A stretch of 63,608 nt of DNA, filler included, from Sluysia triapertura (lineage: Eukaryota): NCBI GenBank assembly GCA_046118255.1. It is 4 parts of 4 records of this genome, joined end to end, with 100 filler letters (N's around TTAATTAATTAA, not from the genome) between each part and the next. Parts side by side here need not be neighbours in the genome. Positions count along the whole stretch, not along the records: positions 21,213 to 40,070 come from JBJNIA010114196.1; 3 more parts are not named here. The stretch is one strand, 5' to 3'. This document shows, piece after piece, positions 26,001-40,170 of this stretch (position 1 is its first letter; every line of letters begins with the position of its first letter). Below the pieces are notes generated by a model, which was not told the DNA's origin, did no database searches, and worked only from the letters and a program-made list of their open reading frames with translations. The position numbers and the translations under genes are program-made.

Positions 26001-27979
26001 TAATCTAAATGTTTCTGTTTAATCTAAATAATTCCAAGTTTGGAAAGATGTCTTGAAGTGTAAAGATACCTTTGAACTTCGAAACCTTGGAATCACTTGA
26101 GACCTTGTTGGAACCTTAATAAACTTTTGAGATCTTTGAGCAACCTTGTGAAAAGTTTGGAACTTTTGAAATATTCAAGCATTAAAATTATGGTTAATGA
26201 TGCTAAAGACAAATTTAATACATTAATAATTAAACTAAAAAAGTAGAAAAAGGAATCAGAGTAGTGAAGGTGAAAACATCTAGAGCCTCCTGAGTACCGC
26301 ATAAAGTATCTAACAACTTTATAACCATGATCAAACCTTTAAACTTAAAATAAAATAAGTTAAAATAATTAATTAATTAATTAAATCTTAATTAACTTAA
26401 TTAAGGAAAATTACGTTGGTGTGAATAACTTTTGAATGAGGAATGCTATGTTAAAACTTTAATTGTGAATGTATGTTTTTTAAAGGGACATTTCGATGAA
26501 GATAAGGTTTGACCGAGTTCATGCGAGGAAAACCTCTATATTGAGCAAAGTTGAATTTTAATTAATTTTTAATTTAAAATGATGGAATTTTCATATTTAG
26601 AATTATGATGAGTTGGGTATGGAGTGATTGCTATGAAATAGGAGAATCCAAATATTTTCCATTAAATATTTTCCATTAAGAAATTGAGTGTGAGGAGTTG
26701 AAAATTAATTAAAGTGTAAAAACTGAAGTTAAATTCATTATTTATTTTAATGTAAAAAGTGATTCATGAAAAAATAATAGTGTAGAGTAGAAAAAAAGAG
26801 AGTTGATTGTTAATAGAATTAACAGGTCTTACCATGTAAGTGTCAGAGTCGTTTTAGTCGGTTTAATATTTAAGAGGTTTTGATGATTTATGTAAATATA
26901 ATTCCTGATTGTAAGTATAAAGTGATATAAAATGAGTAGATAGAATCTTTATCTACGCAACAACGTTCATGATGATTTAATGAACATGAAAAAAATTCAT
27001 GATGATATAATGAAAACAGAATTTTGTTTATTTTATAATTTCAATTTAGCCTAATATTTTTATTTATCTTATACTTTTAAATAACGACATACTTTATATT
27101 TTTAATTTTTGAATAAGGTAAGACATGAATAAATCGATTTTTATTTGATTTTATAACTTTATGTCTTTAAAATTTTGAGAATCTTTTTAAGTGTTTAAAT
27201 TTTGCTTTCGATAAACTGATTTTAATTGAGTTATGGAGACATCTTGTTCAAATTATTTTAAATTGACTTAAGTTATATATTTAAGTTTGAATTTTAAATT
27301 TATTTTAACTTTTAGCTAGTGATTTTAATCACATTGTGGACGACTCTCTGCTCAAATTGTATTTTCATAGTTTTCATAATTTTTGTTAAAAAAATGATTA
27401 GTTGGTGAATCAGAATCAGAACTAATTCAACCGATTCGGTTTCATCTAAGAATAATTTTTGAGATGCATGTCTGTTTTGCAACTAATTTATGTGGTAATT
27501 GTTGTAACAAAAAGATAAATTAGCACACCAAGCAACTACCATCAGTCGGCAGTTAACAAGACAGCCTGAATTGATTTTAATTACATTGTCGACTGATGAC
27601 AGGCTGTATGATGAAAAATGATAATTAAGTGTTGACAGTTGAATGATAATGATAATGTAAATGAAGATTAATAATGATAATAAATAATATTAATAATAAT
27701 AAAATAGTAATAATGATGTAAAACATAAACTAAAATAATAATAATAACAATAATAATAATAATAATGAAAATAAAATTAAATTAAATACATAAACTTCTT
27801 ATAATTCTTCTTTACATTACACAATCTTTTGATTATGTGCGTCTTTCAAATTTATTATTTATTATAACTCAATCTTATCTCGTTCAGCTTAAAATAGTCA
27901 TAATAATTTCAGTAGTTAATATTTCTAATATAATTTTGCCGTAATCTTCTTTCTTAATATTAATAACGACTACCCCCAA

Positions 27980-28671
27980 TTCAAGTTCTTGACAATCAAA
28001 ATCAAAACTAAGTCAATAATGTATTATTAAACAAAAATTCGTAGTATAATTTATTGTCAATGAAAATCTTAACGAAATCACTAAAATGACAAAAATAACA
28101 ATAATGTTGATAATAAAATTAAAGACATTACAATCTAATTAAAACAAAACAACCAGAAGTGACGCAACAACGATAAAAAATGAATATCCAGAAAGTTTAG
28201 AATAGTAATGATAATTAAAAATATTTTAAAAATAAATTGGGCAGAGCGTCTCCCTCTAAAATTATCTTTTAATTAGCTAAAAATCAAATAGTTAATTCAA
28301 AATAGTTAATTCAAAAATAAATGAAAATTAAATATAACTTTGAACAAAAATTATGCAGGGAGTTTCCTATCAACTTACCTTAAAAACAGCTTAAAAATTA
28401 ACTGAAAATAATATAATATCAAAATTATCCAAATTAAAATAGAATTAGTTATTTATGTTATTTTAATGAAATAACAAATAAATAAACAAAATTTACCCTC
28501 TGCATGGATCTTCTCTCCTTATTGTTGACAACGTTATTGTTGTATTATTGTATTGTTATTGTGTTGTAAAAATTTTGAAATCTTTATTTTATACTTTCTC
28601 ATCATCCAATCATTTGCAATCTCACAACCAAACACTCTCTCACACAAATCATCCTAACCTCTTTGAGAATC
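27980..28671 (+). repeat. Dispersed repeat, homologous to 20620-21112, with an internal insertion
   Basis: Visual alignment of shared blocks. Confidence 0.8.
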
Positions 28672-28994
28672 AGACCGACAATAACAACTTTGACAACTAC
28701 ATGATACGGTCTGTCAAACAGAGAAATCTGATTTATTATCAACCATCATTTCCTTTTATTCTACTCAGTCTATTATAATAAAGGTCTAGCTGAGAAACTC
28801 TACCTTATGATAGTGATTTTATAATTGACCTTAAGGGCCAACTAAAGAGCAATAAATTTAGATTTTGAATTGATTTTATGATTGGTCTGAAGGACCAACC
28901 GAAAACTTAATATTTTAAGTATAGATTTTAACTCAAAAAAATGAGTGTTCACATTATATACAACAAACTTACTAATTTAATCAATAATATCAAG

Positions 28995-29260
28995 GATCGC
29001 TTTTCCAAAAATGTTTCTCGAAGTGGTTTGATAGGTTGGAGCGTTGATGATTGGAAATCGTTATCCCTCTAATAGAAGACACGGGATTTACACTCATAAC
29101 TTGACGAATAAATTTAATAATTTAAACTTGCTGACGAATTAATTTTTGTTGATGTAAAAATTTTTATTTCGAATTGATGACAATCTATCAAATTTGTAAT
29201 ACCAAAATGGCGTATTACGAACAATGGCCTACTAAATTATTAATGGCGGTCTACTGCTGC
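28995..29260 (+). mobile_element. Possible Tc1/mariner transposase remnant
   Basis: KWFD...MIGNR...RDL and a later INGG echo the WL...RWIG...WP.RSPDL...NG motif order across frameshifts. Confidence 0.25.
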
Positions 29261-30237
29261 TTGTCTTTTCTTATATAATTTTTTGCACATAAAGCACATA
29301 TTTAAAATTTTAATTTAATAAAACAATTTTATTTCGAGAAACTTCTTTTGAATTACTTTTTAAAATAATTGAGTAATAATTTAAATTTTATTATAATTAG
29401 AATAAGAATTTTTTTAAATAATAGTAATTTTAATAACTTTTTATAATATTTATAATTTTTTAGAATTTTTAAAAAATAAAATATAAAACATAAGAAATAA
29501 ATTTACAAATTTAACATACATTTTAATTATAATTTCTTACATAAATTTAATTTTGGATTATAAAAACTAATTAAAGTAACTAATTTTTACGTTATCTGTG
29601 CAATATTTCAACACTAAGACGACCAATAAAATTCAGCTTACAAGCTAATTCTAATGTTATTTTATGAAGAACAAACATTTTCACTAAGTTATCAAATCAA
29701 ACAATTTTTAATTAAATTAATTAACAAATGCGCTTTAATATTTTAACAAATAAGATTTTATAAAGGTTTCTTTCTTCGTTTCTTTTATTTTGTTTTAAAT
29801 TTTTTACTCACTTATTTTATTCATCGCAGTATTTTATCTTGATTCCTCAATGAAACTTATTTTATTTTATATTGAGTTATAATCCTTGTGTCCCTCTTCA
29901 TCTTTAATTAAATCCATAACATCCAGTTACAGTATAAATACAGCTCGGTTAAATTACCATTTGTTCCTTTTTTCGTATCAGAGGAATTTGAAAAATTGGA
30001 TGTGAATCTAGTATTGGTCAAACAGTTTAGTTCTAGATCGAAATATTTGTCATCAGTGGAACAAGTGTGAGAGCGTAATACATATTAGCAATGATTTTTT
30101 ATTAACCAAAAGATTTATCAAAATATGTAATTCTTTCCCACCTAATATTTACTATTTATGGTTTTTTGCGATTCATTTATAGTACATAAAATTTCATTAG
30201 AATATAAATGACAATGATTATATATTATATGTTAATT

Positions 30238-30242
<5 letters not shown>

Positions 30243-30272
<30 letters not shown>
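30243..30272. repeat. (TA)n microsatellite upstream of the ANKRD27-like start
   Basis: Direct reading. Confidence 0.97.
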
Positions 30273-30277
<5 letters not shown>

Positions 30278-30571
30278 AAATTTTTTTATTTAATTATCTT
30301 TCATTATATAGTAAAATGACTCTAATTTTTAATAATGGAATTAAATTTTGGTTGTTTCTTTTAATAATGATAGACAACAAATTTTAAATTAAAATTTATT
30401 TTCGGAATATAAAAAAATTACGAAATTAGAATATTTTTGATAATTAATAATTATTTAAATAACTACTTGTACTACACAATTTTTCATTATGGCTAATTCA
30501 TTTTTTACAAATGAAAATCTTTGATCTTGAAATATACTTATTGATTAATTTATTTTATTTAGTTATTAATA

Positions 30572-30858
30572 ATGAATTCTTATGATGAAAATATATTGGA
30601 GAATACATTTTTTCAAGCATTTACAATAAATCAGAAAACACTTTTACAAAATGCCATTAAAAAGAAGTGGATTGTTAGTTGTATTAAATGACTAATTTTT
30701 ACTTTTAGATCGCTGTACCTCGTGAAAATTCATTTCGAAAGAATTATAATGATTTTGATTATTTAAGTCATGTACTTGTACCCATAAGTTTAGAAGAAAT
30801 TGTACATGATACTGTATTAGGTGAAAAGGAAAAGCAGTTTAAAACATTGGGAAATCAG
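30572..30858 (+). CDS. ANKRD27: ANKRD27/VARP-like gene, first two coding exons (30572-30673, 30709-30858); remainder not located
   Basis: Spliced translation MNSYDENILENTFFQAFTINQKTLLQNAIKKKWI/IAVPRENSFRKNYNDFDYLSHVLVP...FKTLGNQ resembles the VARP N-terminus (YDEDLLKNPF...IVLVP...ILIP...FQTL). 35-bp GT-AG intron, phase 0; GT donor after exon 2. Confidence 0.75.
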
Positions 30859-31118
30859 GTTAATTTTTTATTAGATTTGCATTAAAATGATTCTTTTTTC
30901 GAATATGAAAAGTTGTAGTTAAGTATATTTAAATTTAAAAATAGTAATTTAATGTTTGCGTATTTTAATTATTTATAATTGTTCTTGATTTTTAAATTGA
31001 TTTATGGTTGAATATTTTAAGTGCAGGTATATTAAGTTTGTGCTTTATTTTGTTTTCACTTCTTATTTCGGTTTTTCTTTGTCATTTTTATAAGTTTTTC
31101 ATTAATGCTAGTGAAATT

Positions 31119-31120
<2 letters not shown>

Positions 31121-31184
<64 letters not shown>

Positions 31185-31860
31185 TAATATATTCTGCGAA
31201 ATAAGTACACAAAAGCGATTAAAGTAAAGCATCGATTATAAAATTTTAGAAATAATTTAATGTTCTCTGGTAGCTGATAGTTTTGAAACAAATGGTACAT
31301 AATATGCCACCTATCTTATTATTATATCTTAATGCCATTCTCATTTGGTTTCTGATTTTTTTATTTTTATTGTTTTCGGCACTTCCATAATATAAATTAT
31401 AGCCATGATTTTGAAGTTTTATTCTTGCTTTTATTGATAATGTAATTCTTTAATATAAGGTGTTATGTGAGATCTTTCCTACTTAAAAAATAGTCTTGAT
31501 TAATAATTGCAATTGGAATTTTTATACGTTTCAATAAAATTGAGTACAGTTTAGTCTATTCAATATACCATTATTAACACTAAAGGCACCATGACCTGTC
31601 AAATGATCGTTTTTATTTTTTTCATAAAAATACTACGAAATTGTATTTTTTTCCATTTTATTGACTTAATTTTATACATAGTATGAATAGGTATACATCA
31701 AACCTTGGTGTAATTAATGATGGTGCAATTAGTTTTGCTGTAACTTTATTAATGAATATTTTAATATCTGACATTTTTATTATTATTTTCATCATTCTTT
31801 ATTTTTGAACCAAATAACATGTGCTGTATTTTTCTTTCTAAAAGTAGAACTTAATCGCAA
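31121..31860 (-). mobile_element. L2-clade LINE 3' end, older copy with (ATT)n tail, downstream of ANKRD27 exon 2
   Basis: Minus strand gives TAKLIAPSLITPRFD and RSHITPYIKELH..IKARI; long (ATT)n tail at 31121-31181. Confidence 0.7.
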
Positions 31861-33292
31861 AATGAGATTATAAAATTATAGCTTCGCTTGTAATATGCAA
31901 CTTACAATCGTGGAAAATCAGACAAAGGTTGTGGTAGAAAATAAGTTGCAACTTCGAGGGTCAATTATTGAACTGATTAGAAAGATTTCCTTTTCAAGAA
32001 AAGTGTGTGAAATCTATGTATAATGTTGAATGTTTCCTTGCGGTCCAATAGATACTCACGTTTAAGTTTTAGTATAATTAATTTAAGGACTTCTTTTTAT
32101 TATCTCTGACTCTATTAATTGACCAAAGAAATTGTCGAAATTAAAGTATATTTAATCCTAATTTTTCTATGACGCACAATACAGTTATAAGTTTGCTAAT
32201 AAATAAGATTCAATATTATATTAAAAAATGATAGTAATAATGATAATATGTTATTAATATATAAAGTGTTTCAGGCTTTATTCCGTCTTAAAAATATTTT
32301 ATTATGATTTTATAAATGACCGAGGCCAATTTTCTTTTTAAGGATTTTTAGTCAGATTTTATAACTCCCAAAAATTGAGAGTAAACCTATGTAATATAAA
32401 CTTACTACTTGAATACTTTGATATAATGTAAACTGAGAAAATATTCTTCTGTCATATGAAAAATTGAAAGTGAATGTTCCGTTTTAGTGTAGAAATTTTT
32501 TTGATCAAAGAACTACTACTACTTGTGTCTTGTGTTCTTTATTTTTATTTATTTGAGTTTATATACTTTTTCTCTATCTATTATCTACATCCATTAGTCT
32601 TAATGGAATTTTATTTCAATTAATTCATTATTTAGATTGTTTACTAATTGATCTTAATGGAATTTTCATTTTATTTCAATTAATGTTTAGATTATTTATT
32701 AATGGTATCCATGAATTTATTTAAAATCCTTTAAATTTCAGCAATTATAGAACAAGTTAATGTATAAAGGGTCCGCCTATAACCTGTGGTTTATATCGTA
32801 AAGAAGGATTTAAGCCTACGACAAGTTTTCCTTAAAAATCTTAATTACAGCTAATAAAATTGGTTGAGGGTCGTTTATTGAATAAATGTCGTAAAATCTT
32901 TCAATACTTTTCGAAATATTCTTTCTGAGTTAAATTATTGTAATGTAGATCTTTTATTATCTTTAATTCTTTCACTGTTAATTTTATCTTTTACAATTAC
33001 TAAGAACACACAAATTAAGAATAAAGATCTATTTACAAAATAAATAAAAAGAACGTTGATAATACAAAAATTGAATATATATATATATATATGATTCATT
33101 GGCTGTTTTAAAAGTATTAATAAAAAAATAAATTATAAAATTAATATTAAAAATGTTCACAATTTAGAAAATCACTTATGAAATAAAATATCAATAATTG
33201 GCTACTGATAAGTATTAAATACTGGACAATCACATGAAAAAATCACAACTAGAAGAATTCAAGTTTTTGCTACATAACCAGAACTATTGTCA

Positions 33293-33386
33293 TTAAATTT
33301 CTGTATCGAATTCTTCAGAATATTTAAAAGCAAAAAGTACAAATTTGACTCCTTCTCCTTTGTAGAATTTATTCTGAAATTCCACC
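33293..33386 (-). CDS. ATP6V0A: V-type H+-ATPase 116 kDa subunit a, last coding exon only
   Basis: ttttacag acceptor, then g-GTG GAA...: (W)VEFQNKFYKGEGVKFVLFAFKYSEEFDTEI*, matching the conserved WVEFQNKFYxGxGxKFxPF C-terminal motif. Confidence 0.85.
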
Positions 33387-35689
33387 CTGTAAAATAGAGT
33401 TTTATAAATTATTTAACAACTTAATTCATTTTACTAATGATAAATTAAAATATTTATAATTAATACAATTTAGAAAAAAAAGTATCATTTAATCATTTAC
33501 AGTCGAAATACCCCTCTTAAAGACAATTAGTTGCTGCAGTTCGTGCAAGTATTGAAGTCGCAAAAAGAGTTGATATAAGAGGTCGATTGTAATTACAAGA
33601 TAAATTGTATATTACTTCAATGAGAATGTATGAAGCGACGTCAGAAAATTAAAACCTCTTTTGTGTATGTTGGGGCTTTCATTGTTGTTCAATTTGTTTA
33701 TATTAAGATAAAACACTTTGAAATTAATTTGTTCATGAAAGTTTTTACATTTATGTACTATCTAAACTTGTCATTTTATTACATATCTTCACATATAAAC
33801 ATTTTAAATCACACCAGTTAAATCAATTACAACTAAACTTATTACATCCTTTCGACCTTTATTTAGCACCCTTTATACATTTTGAAGCATTTAATATCAT
33901 TTGTATCATTCACACTACCTATCATTAAACCTTTCGATCAAATATTATTTAGCAGCAAACATTCAATTTATATCTTCAGCAATCCAAATAAATAGGTTAA
34001 TTATAACTTTATTCATAATCTGTGTAAAATCATTCATGTATAATCTACTCTATAAAATAATATAACAAACCAAACGACGCCATTCTTAATACATTACAAT
34101 GTAATTTCAAAGCCTTATAATAAAACAAATCAACTCAATAAGTCACTCTTAAACGCCTAAAATATTTTATCCATTATCGCATAAACGACGCGATTCATTG
34201 CAGATCTTGAAAGAACGTGCCCACTATTACCGTTAGAAGTTAGTCCAAATTTTAGTAAATTTTGTGAAGATTATGTATGTTTCATAATAACTAAGTGCAT
34301 AATTTATAAAATTAAAAGTAATGAAATATTTGATCAATTGTATCTGATTGTGCTCATGGGATTCTTTATGTCCTACAAAAGACTTCTTAAATTTCAGATG
34401 ATGTTAGTTAAATGCCTTGATGATATTAGTAGATTTTGCAAAATAAATAGTCTTAAGTGTTATTCATATTTTAATTTTAATTTTAATTTCATTGTTAACT
34501 TCGAAGTCAAGTTTGCGTGCCTTAAGCACTATACAAAAGTTAAATGTTAAGATTAATAATAGTAACAAGTATAATACAAATTACCATTATAACTGTAGAA
34601 AATAAAAACAAATATTTTTAAATTATAAATAATTTAAATTTGTATTTTAACTGTAAATAATTTTAATTTTATTTGTAAAACTGTAAAAATTTTTTAATTG
34701 TAGATTTAAATTTATATAATTTAATAAATTATATTAGTAAAAAATTTGTATAATAAAATTTTACAAAAAAGAATTATATTAGTAATAAAAACTTGCAAAA
34801 GATTTATGGACACAAAAATTTTTATTAGAAATTAATGCAGTAAAAAATAATAATATAATTATAAAATATACATCAAATTTGGTTCTCAACGAAGTTAACA
34901 CGTATGTAAAAAACTCGTTTATGTGAAAATTTTACCACAACTTGAAAAACTTAAGCAAGAGTACCGTTTTTTGGAATTATTCGTGTGAAGTTTAATTATT
35001 GTAAATCTTTGTGGAACTACTCATTTGGAAAACATAAACTTTCGTGAAATCGGATTATTGGAGATTAACTTAAATTTGTCACGGAATTTACTTGCTGGTA
35101 GACACTTTGCGATTTTGGAGTTATTCGTCAGATCGAAAAATTTATAAATTGAAAATACGTAAGTTGATAATTTGTAGGATTTTCACATTTATACAATGTG
35201 TTAAAATCATAATAAAAATCATTTTTAAATTAAAAGCCAAATATCACACCTGGCTCAACTCTAATTGTAAATTTTTTAACATAAAATAAAGTTGAAAATC
35301 TTTATTTTTAATCATGTTATTACATATATTATATCATTTTGTGTTATATATTTTGTTCATTTAATTTTGATAGTTTTTATAGAATAAAATTTGACGCCTT
35401 TGTAATTTTGTTTAGTTTAACATTTTATTTTGTGTCATTTCTTGATTATGTATTTTGCTCATTTTGGTAGAATAAAACTTCACGTCTTCGTAATTTTGTT
35501 TATTTATAAAGTTCAATATTGAAAAAGTTCAAAACTAGAGAATTAATTTTAAGATTTAAAAGTACCGATTTTGAAATTTTTTGAGTAACATTTAAGTATT
35601 AAAGTTCATCGTTAATAAACCTTTAAGAAATAATAAGATTCTTTAAGGAAATAGAAGATTGTTTAAAAGATTTGCTCGCTTATAAAATA

Positions 35690-36213
35690 TTGACCCTCGC
35701 TATTCTTTAATTTTAATTGACATCTGTAGTTGCGCCTTCGCTCAGATATAAAGCGCAATATACAGACGAACCCGTTCTTTAGAAAAATCATAATTATTAT
35801 CTTTTATACAGAAGAAAACCTAACATATAGTTTAATAACATCTTGCTTAGTTATCTGTAAGTTCTTCACAAAAAACTCGATTCACATTATAATTGATATA
35901 TCTTTTATACCCGAAACTGAAAATTCAAAATTACGTGTAAATTCGTCACAAAAATTAGATAGATTTTACTTTGACGATCTCAAATCATTGAGGTCACCTC
36001 TTATTAGAGATTATAAATCTTTAGTGATGATATCCAAGACCTTCAAAAATTTCAACCACACATTTCAACATAGAGCAACTCGCCACTCAAACCAGTATTG
36101 AAAGAAAATCTGCTTACACAATATTTTTACGGAAGAAAATGGAACTTATCTCCAGAGAAATAAACATAAAGCAGAAACCGTTGATTAATAAACTCATCAG
36201 AATAAAGGGTTAA
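35690..36213 (+). mobile_element. piggyBac-derived internally deleted element
   Basis: Imperfect TIRs ttGACCCTCGCTATTCT ... AGAATAAAGGGttaa; internal DDIQD...HNIFTEENG resembles the piggyBac N-terminal region. Confidence 0.45.
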
Positions 36214-36219
36214 ATAACT

Positions 36220-36476
36220 AACCAGATGTAAAATGTGTCCATCATCAAATGATAATAGAAATAATACTATTTGTCTAATTTGTATTTATGTAAGAACCAT
36301 TTATTTTATATTTTAAATTTTGTATTACTATGTTTAATGCCATCTGAAATTTTTAGAAAATTAATAACATTTTATTTCATGCATTTGTAATAAATTGAAA
36401 GTGCTTTGTTTTTGGGTCCAAAAAGATCCGATCATCTGTAAGGTGATTATTTTGTAACACATTAGAATACTGTTAA
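36220..36476 (+). mobile_element. piggyBac 3' end with Cys-rich domain remnant
   Basis: RCKMCPSSNDNRNNTICLIC..LCKNH (PGBD C-terminal Cys-rich domain), subterminal GGGTCCAAAAAGATCCG and terminal GTTAA. Confidence 0.6.
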
Positions 36477-39400
36477 ATCTTTTACTATATAAATATTTAA
36501 AATGGTTTTAAAAACAATACTTTTAATTTTAATTAATTCCATGTTCTTTCTGTTTCTTTTCTAATTTCATGATGTCTTTCATGTATTTACTCGAAGTCGG
36601 AAAAGTCTATTTTGTAAGAACTTCTGAAGTGATAAATGAAAATTCGTATAATTCATTCACTATATTGTCAGTAATTAATATAAATATTTTGTAACATATT
36701 AAATTAAAAATATGTTATATTTTTTTAATGTCTTTTTAATATTACATTATTTTAACTTTTAGTGTATGAATGTTAGAATTATCCAACATTTATAAAAAAA
36801 TTTTAAGTAACTATAGTAACATTTTTTCGAATAGGATTGTTCATAAAAATGATTTAAAAAATCTCTTCCACCACACTTTACAGTTTTTACAAATTCTTAT
36901 ACTAAAGGTTAGTAAAGTTTGTTGAAATAGTCTAATAAATTTAAATAAAAAAATAGAACTACAAGCACACAATTCATAAAATATAATTAGAATACATAAT
37001 TTAGTTTTACAATGTATAAATTAGCAAAATACGTTATTAGCAAATACGTTGCGATAAAATTATTTGTAAAATTATTTAAATATTTATCTATTTGTTTAAC
37101 AAATAAATTATTATCTAAAAATTTTAAATCACTTAAATAGTTTTTAATATTTTACTAATGTCATAATTAGGATTAAAATATAACAATCATTACAAATTTG
37201 AATCTTTTTACAAATTATTACTAATTTTAACTATCAAAATTAACAATTTCTTTGTAGATGTTTTTGTAAATAGCAGTTTAGATTTATTAAATTTAAATTT
37301 ATCAACAATAAATTTTGGAAAATCATGTATACAAAATATATTAAGTTTGTGTTTAGGTATCTTTACAAAATGACACTATTGGTTCAAGATTATTGTTTTT
37401 TAAGTGTAACAGTACAAAAACAAATTATTTATCTTTTAAAATGATTATTTGTTTTTAGAACGTACTAATTTCTGTAAAATGATACTTATTTCATTATTTT
37501 TAATTATTTAAATGTAGTTTCTAATATAGTAAACATTTTGTAATAAAAGTATGAAAATTAATTTTTAGTTATTCTTCTTTAAGGAAAATCTAAATTAAAA
37601 TACTTCGTAAAAATTAATTTTTATGATCATAATAATATAATTATCGTTCATAATAAATCTACCACTATTAAGTGAATCCAACGTTACTATAAATAACTAA
37701 TAAAATTACCTTGGAGGTATTTTAATAATAAATATGCAATATATAAATATAAATATAAATATAATCAAGTTTAGATATCTTAATAAAGATTATTACTCTT
37801 ACTGGATAAGAGTTATTTGTAAATTCGAAGAATTTAATATTTTTAAAGGAAAAAGGAATTAATTAATAAAAAATTGTAAAGTACAAATTACAAATAAAAA
37901 TTTAAGATTTAACAGAATTTAAATATAATATCAAACTATTAATTTAATGGCAATGGAATTTGATGTAAATTATTACTTACAATTAAGTTGTAATGTTTTG
38001 TAAATTAAATGTGTTCAAATTATGTGATTTTATGATTTGATGAAGAAAATTAGTTTTTAATTTGATTATTTTCGGTAGCCGAAAGATATGAATCAATAAA
38101 GGGAAAGGCTGGATAGAAAGAAAAAGGTCGATAAAAGTAGTTCGTGGAATAGTTATAGAAAGTTTCCTTTAAAATTAATGTCTGGAATAATGAAAGGACG
38201 TTAATGATATATTTATGTAACGATAATAAGGAGGGAAAATAACACAATTTGATTGTATGATAAACATAATGAGAACTATGGAAGGAATTTAAGTAGAAAT
38301 TTAAAAATGTTATAAAAACGTTTGTAGTTTTAATTAAAATCCAAGAAAAATTATTTTATTTGCATAATTTTTGAAAATTACAATTATCTTATTATTCGAG
38401 CCTTAAGGGCTATTAAATCAACTAAATAATGTTTCATTAAGGCAATGAATTTATTCTTTTCCACCTTAAGGACTATAAAATGAACTAAATCTTGTTTCAT
38501 TGAGATAAAATAAACAACTATTAATTTATTTCTTAATATAGGCATCCAAACAATATTAAATTTAAAAAACATGAAGAATTTGATTTTTTGTAAAAAGTAA
38601 AAACCCTAACGAAATGTTTCAAAACGTTAGAAATATTAAAATGCATTGTATCTTATGTTGGATTACAAAAATAAAATCGAAATGAATGAATGCGGTGAGT
38701 AATAATGTACTTCGAATCGGTGCACGTATTTAGAGGAGTAGATGCCGGCCGAACATGAAGCATCTGATCCAGTATTATAAAGTTTATACCATAATTAGAC
38801 ATATGGAAATTGTAATTGCGCTCTATGAAATAAACTCGAAAAACTACAAGCATTTCAAAATAGAATTGAATTAATAACAATATTTGAAAGTCGTCTTTAA
38901 ATTCTGTTCCAAATAAAACCAAAAATATTCATCTTGCAGAACTAATATAAAATGTCGGGCACACTACTGATTTAATTTATTTTTATTTTGCTTTTTATTT
39001 TTATATAAAATTAAAAATTTTTATTCACTTTAATTGTAATGTTAATAAATATCTTGTGTTATATGTTAATCTATGTAAATGTGTGAATTTCATATTATAA
39101 GTGTGTATTTTATAAATTATTTAGTATTGACTTTTTGTTTATTTGATTTCTGAAAGTTTGAAAAATAATTTGAAAATTTCAAGAAATGTAAGTAATTTTT
39201 AATGTAAGTAATTTTCTAATTAATTAATTAATTTTGTTCAGTTTAAATTAATTCATTTTGTTTTTTACTAAAATATAAGTAATTTTTAATTAATCTTGTT
39301 TCAATTTTTGTAAGTAAAGGTCAACTTTAAACTACTATAAAAGAACGCGATTTTTGCAATAAAACTCCATTTTTTAACACAGTTTTTTAGCTAACACAAT

Positions 39401-40070
39401 TTTTGTTGCTGATTCTACAAATACTTGAGATGCAAAAAGTTATTCAAAAGAACCAAATCTTCGAGAATCTTATTCATACTTATTCGTTAGTTTATTTTCA
39501 TTAAGGACCTACCTATTAGGTACATTCATGACTTTCGACTTAAAATCATAATTTAAATTATTTTAGAACTATTTAAAGGTTATACCGAAAAATTAACTTA
39601 GACTTGTTAATTGTGTAACAAATTATTTGCTTATTATAATTAAATTGTCATTGTAACATAATTTTTGTCATTAATGTACTTTGAGAAAATTCGTCTTATT
39701 AGTAATTTCAATAAAAGGTTTAACAGTTTCAAAAAGAATAAAATCAAAATTTGTTTTGTATATTGTCAAATTTTATCGGCTTTGTAATATAATTTCACTT
39801 GTGAATCCTTTTAGTAGATTCTTCGTAAAATCTATTATATTTTCTTGCGGACTACAAAAATAACCCGGAAAAGCATTTTTGAGAATATTGATTTAATTAT
39901 AACATCTAAATTATAAGCTTAGCATTTGACATCCTACATTTGTTTGTTTTTAAAATCCAACGGCTAGCCCTAACCGGTAAGCCTAATATGTTGTGTAAGA
40001 GTGTATAAATTTTTAAAATTTTTTAGAAATTTTTAATGGTTAGAAAAATTTATAATAAAGTTAAAAATTA

Positions 40071-40170
40071 NNNNNNNNNNNNNNNNNNNNNNNNNNNNNN
40101 NNNNNNNNNNNNNNTTAATTAATTAANNNNNNNNNNNNNNNNNNNNNNNNNNNNNNNNNNNNNNNNNNNN
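40071..40170. other. Artificial contig linker
   Basis: Same construct as 21113-21212. Confidence 0.95.

Noticed and set aside
31695-31745. Plus-strand NLGVINDGAISF suggesting a 5'-inverted LINE segment
   Set aside because: The minus strand of the same bases gives a better L2 motif (AKLIAPSLITPRFD) in the element's own orientation.
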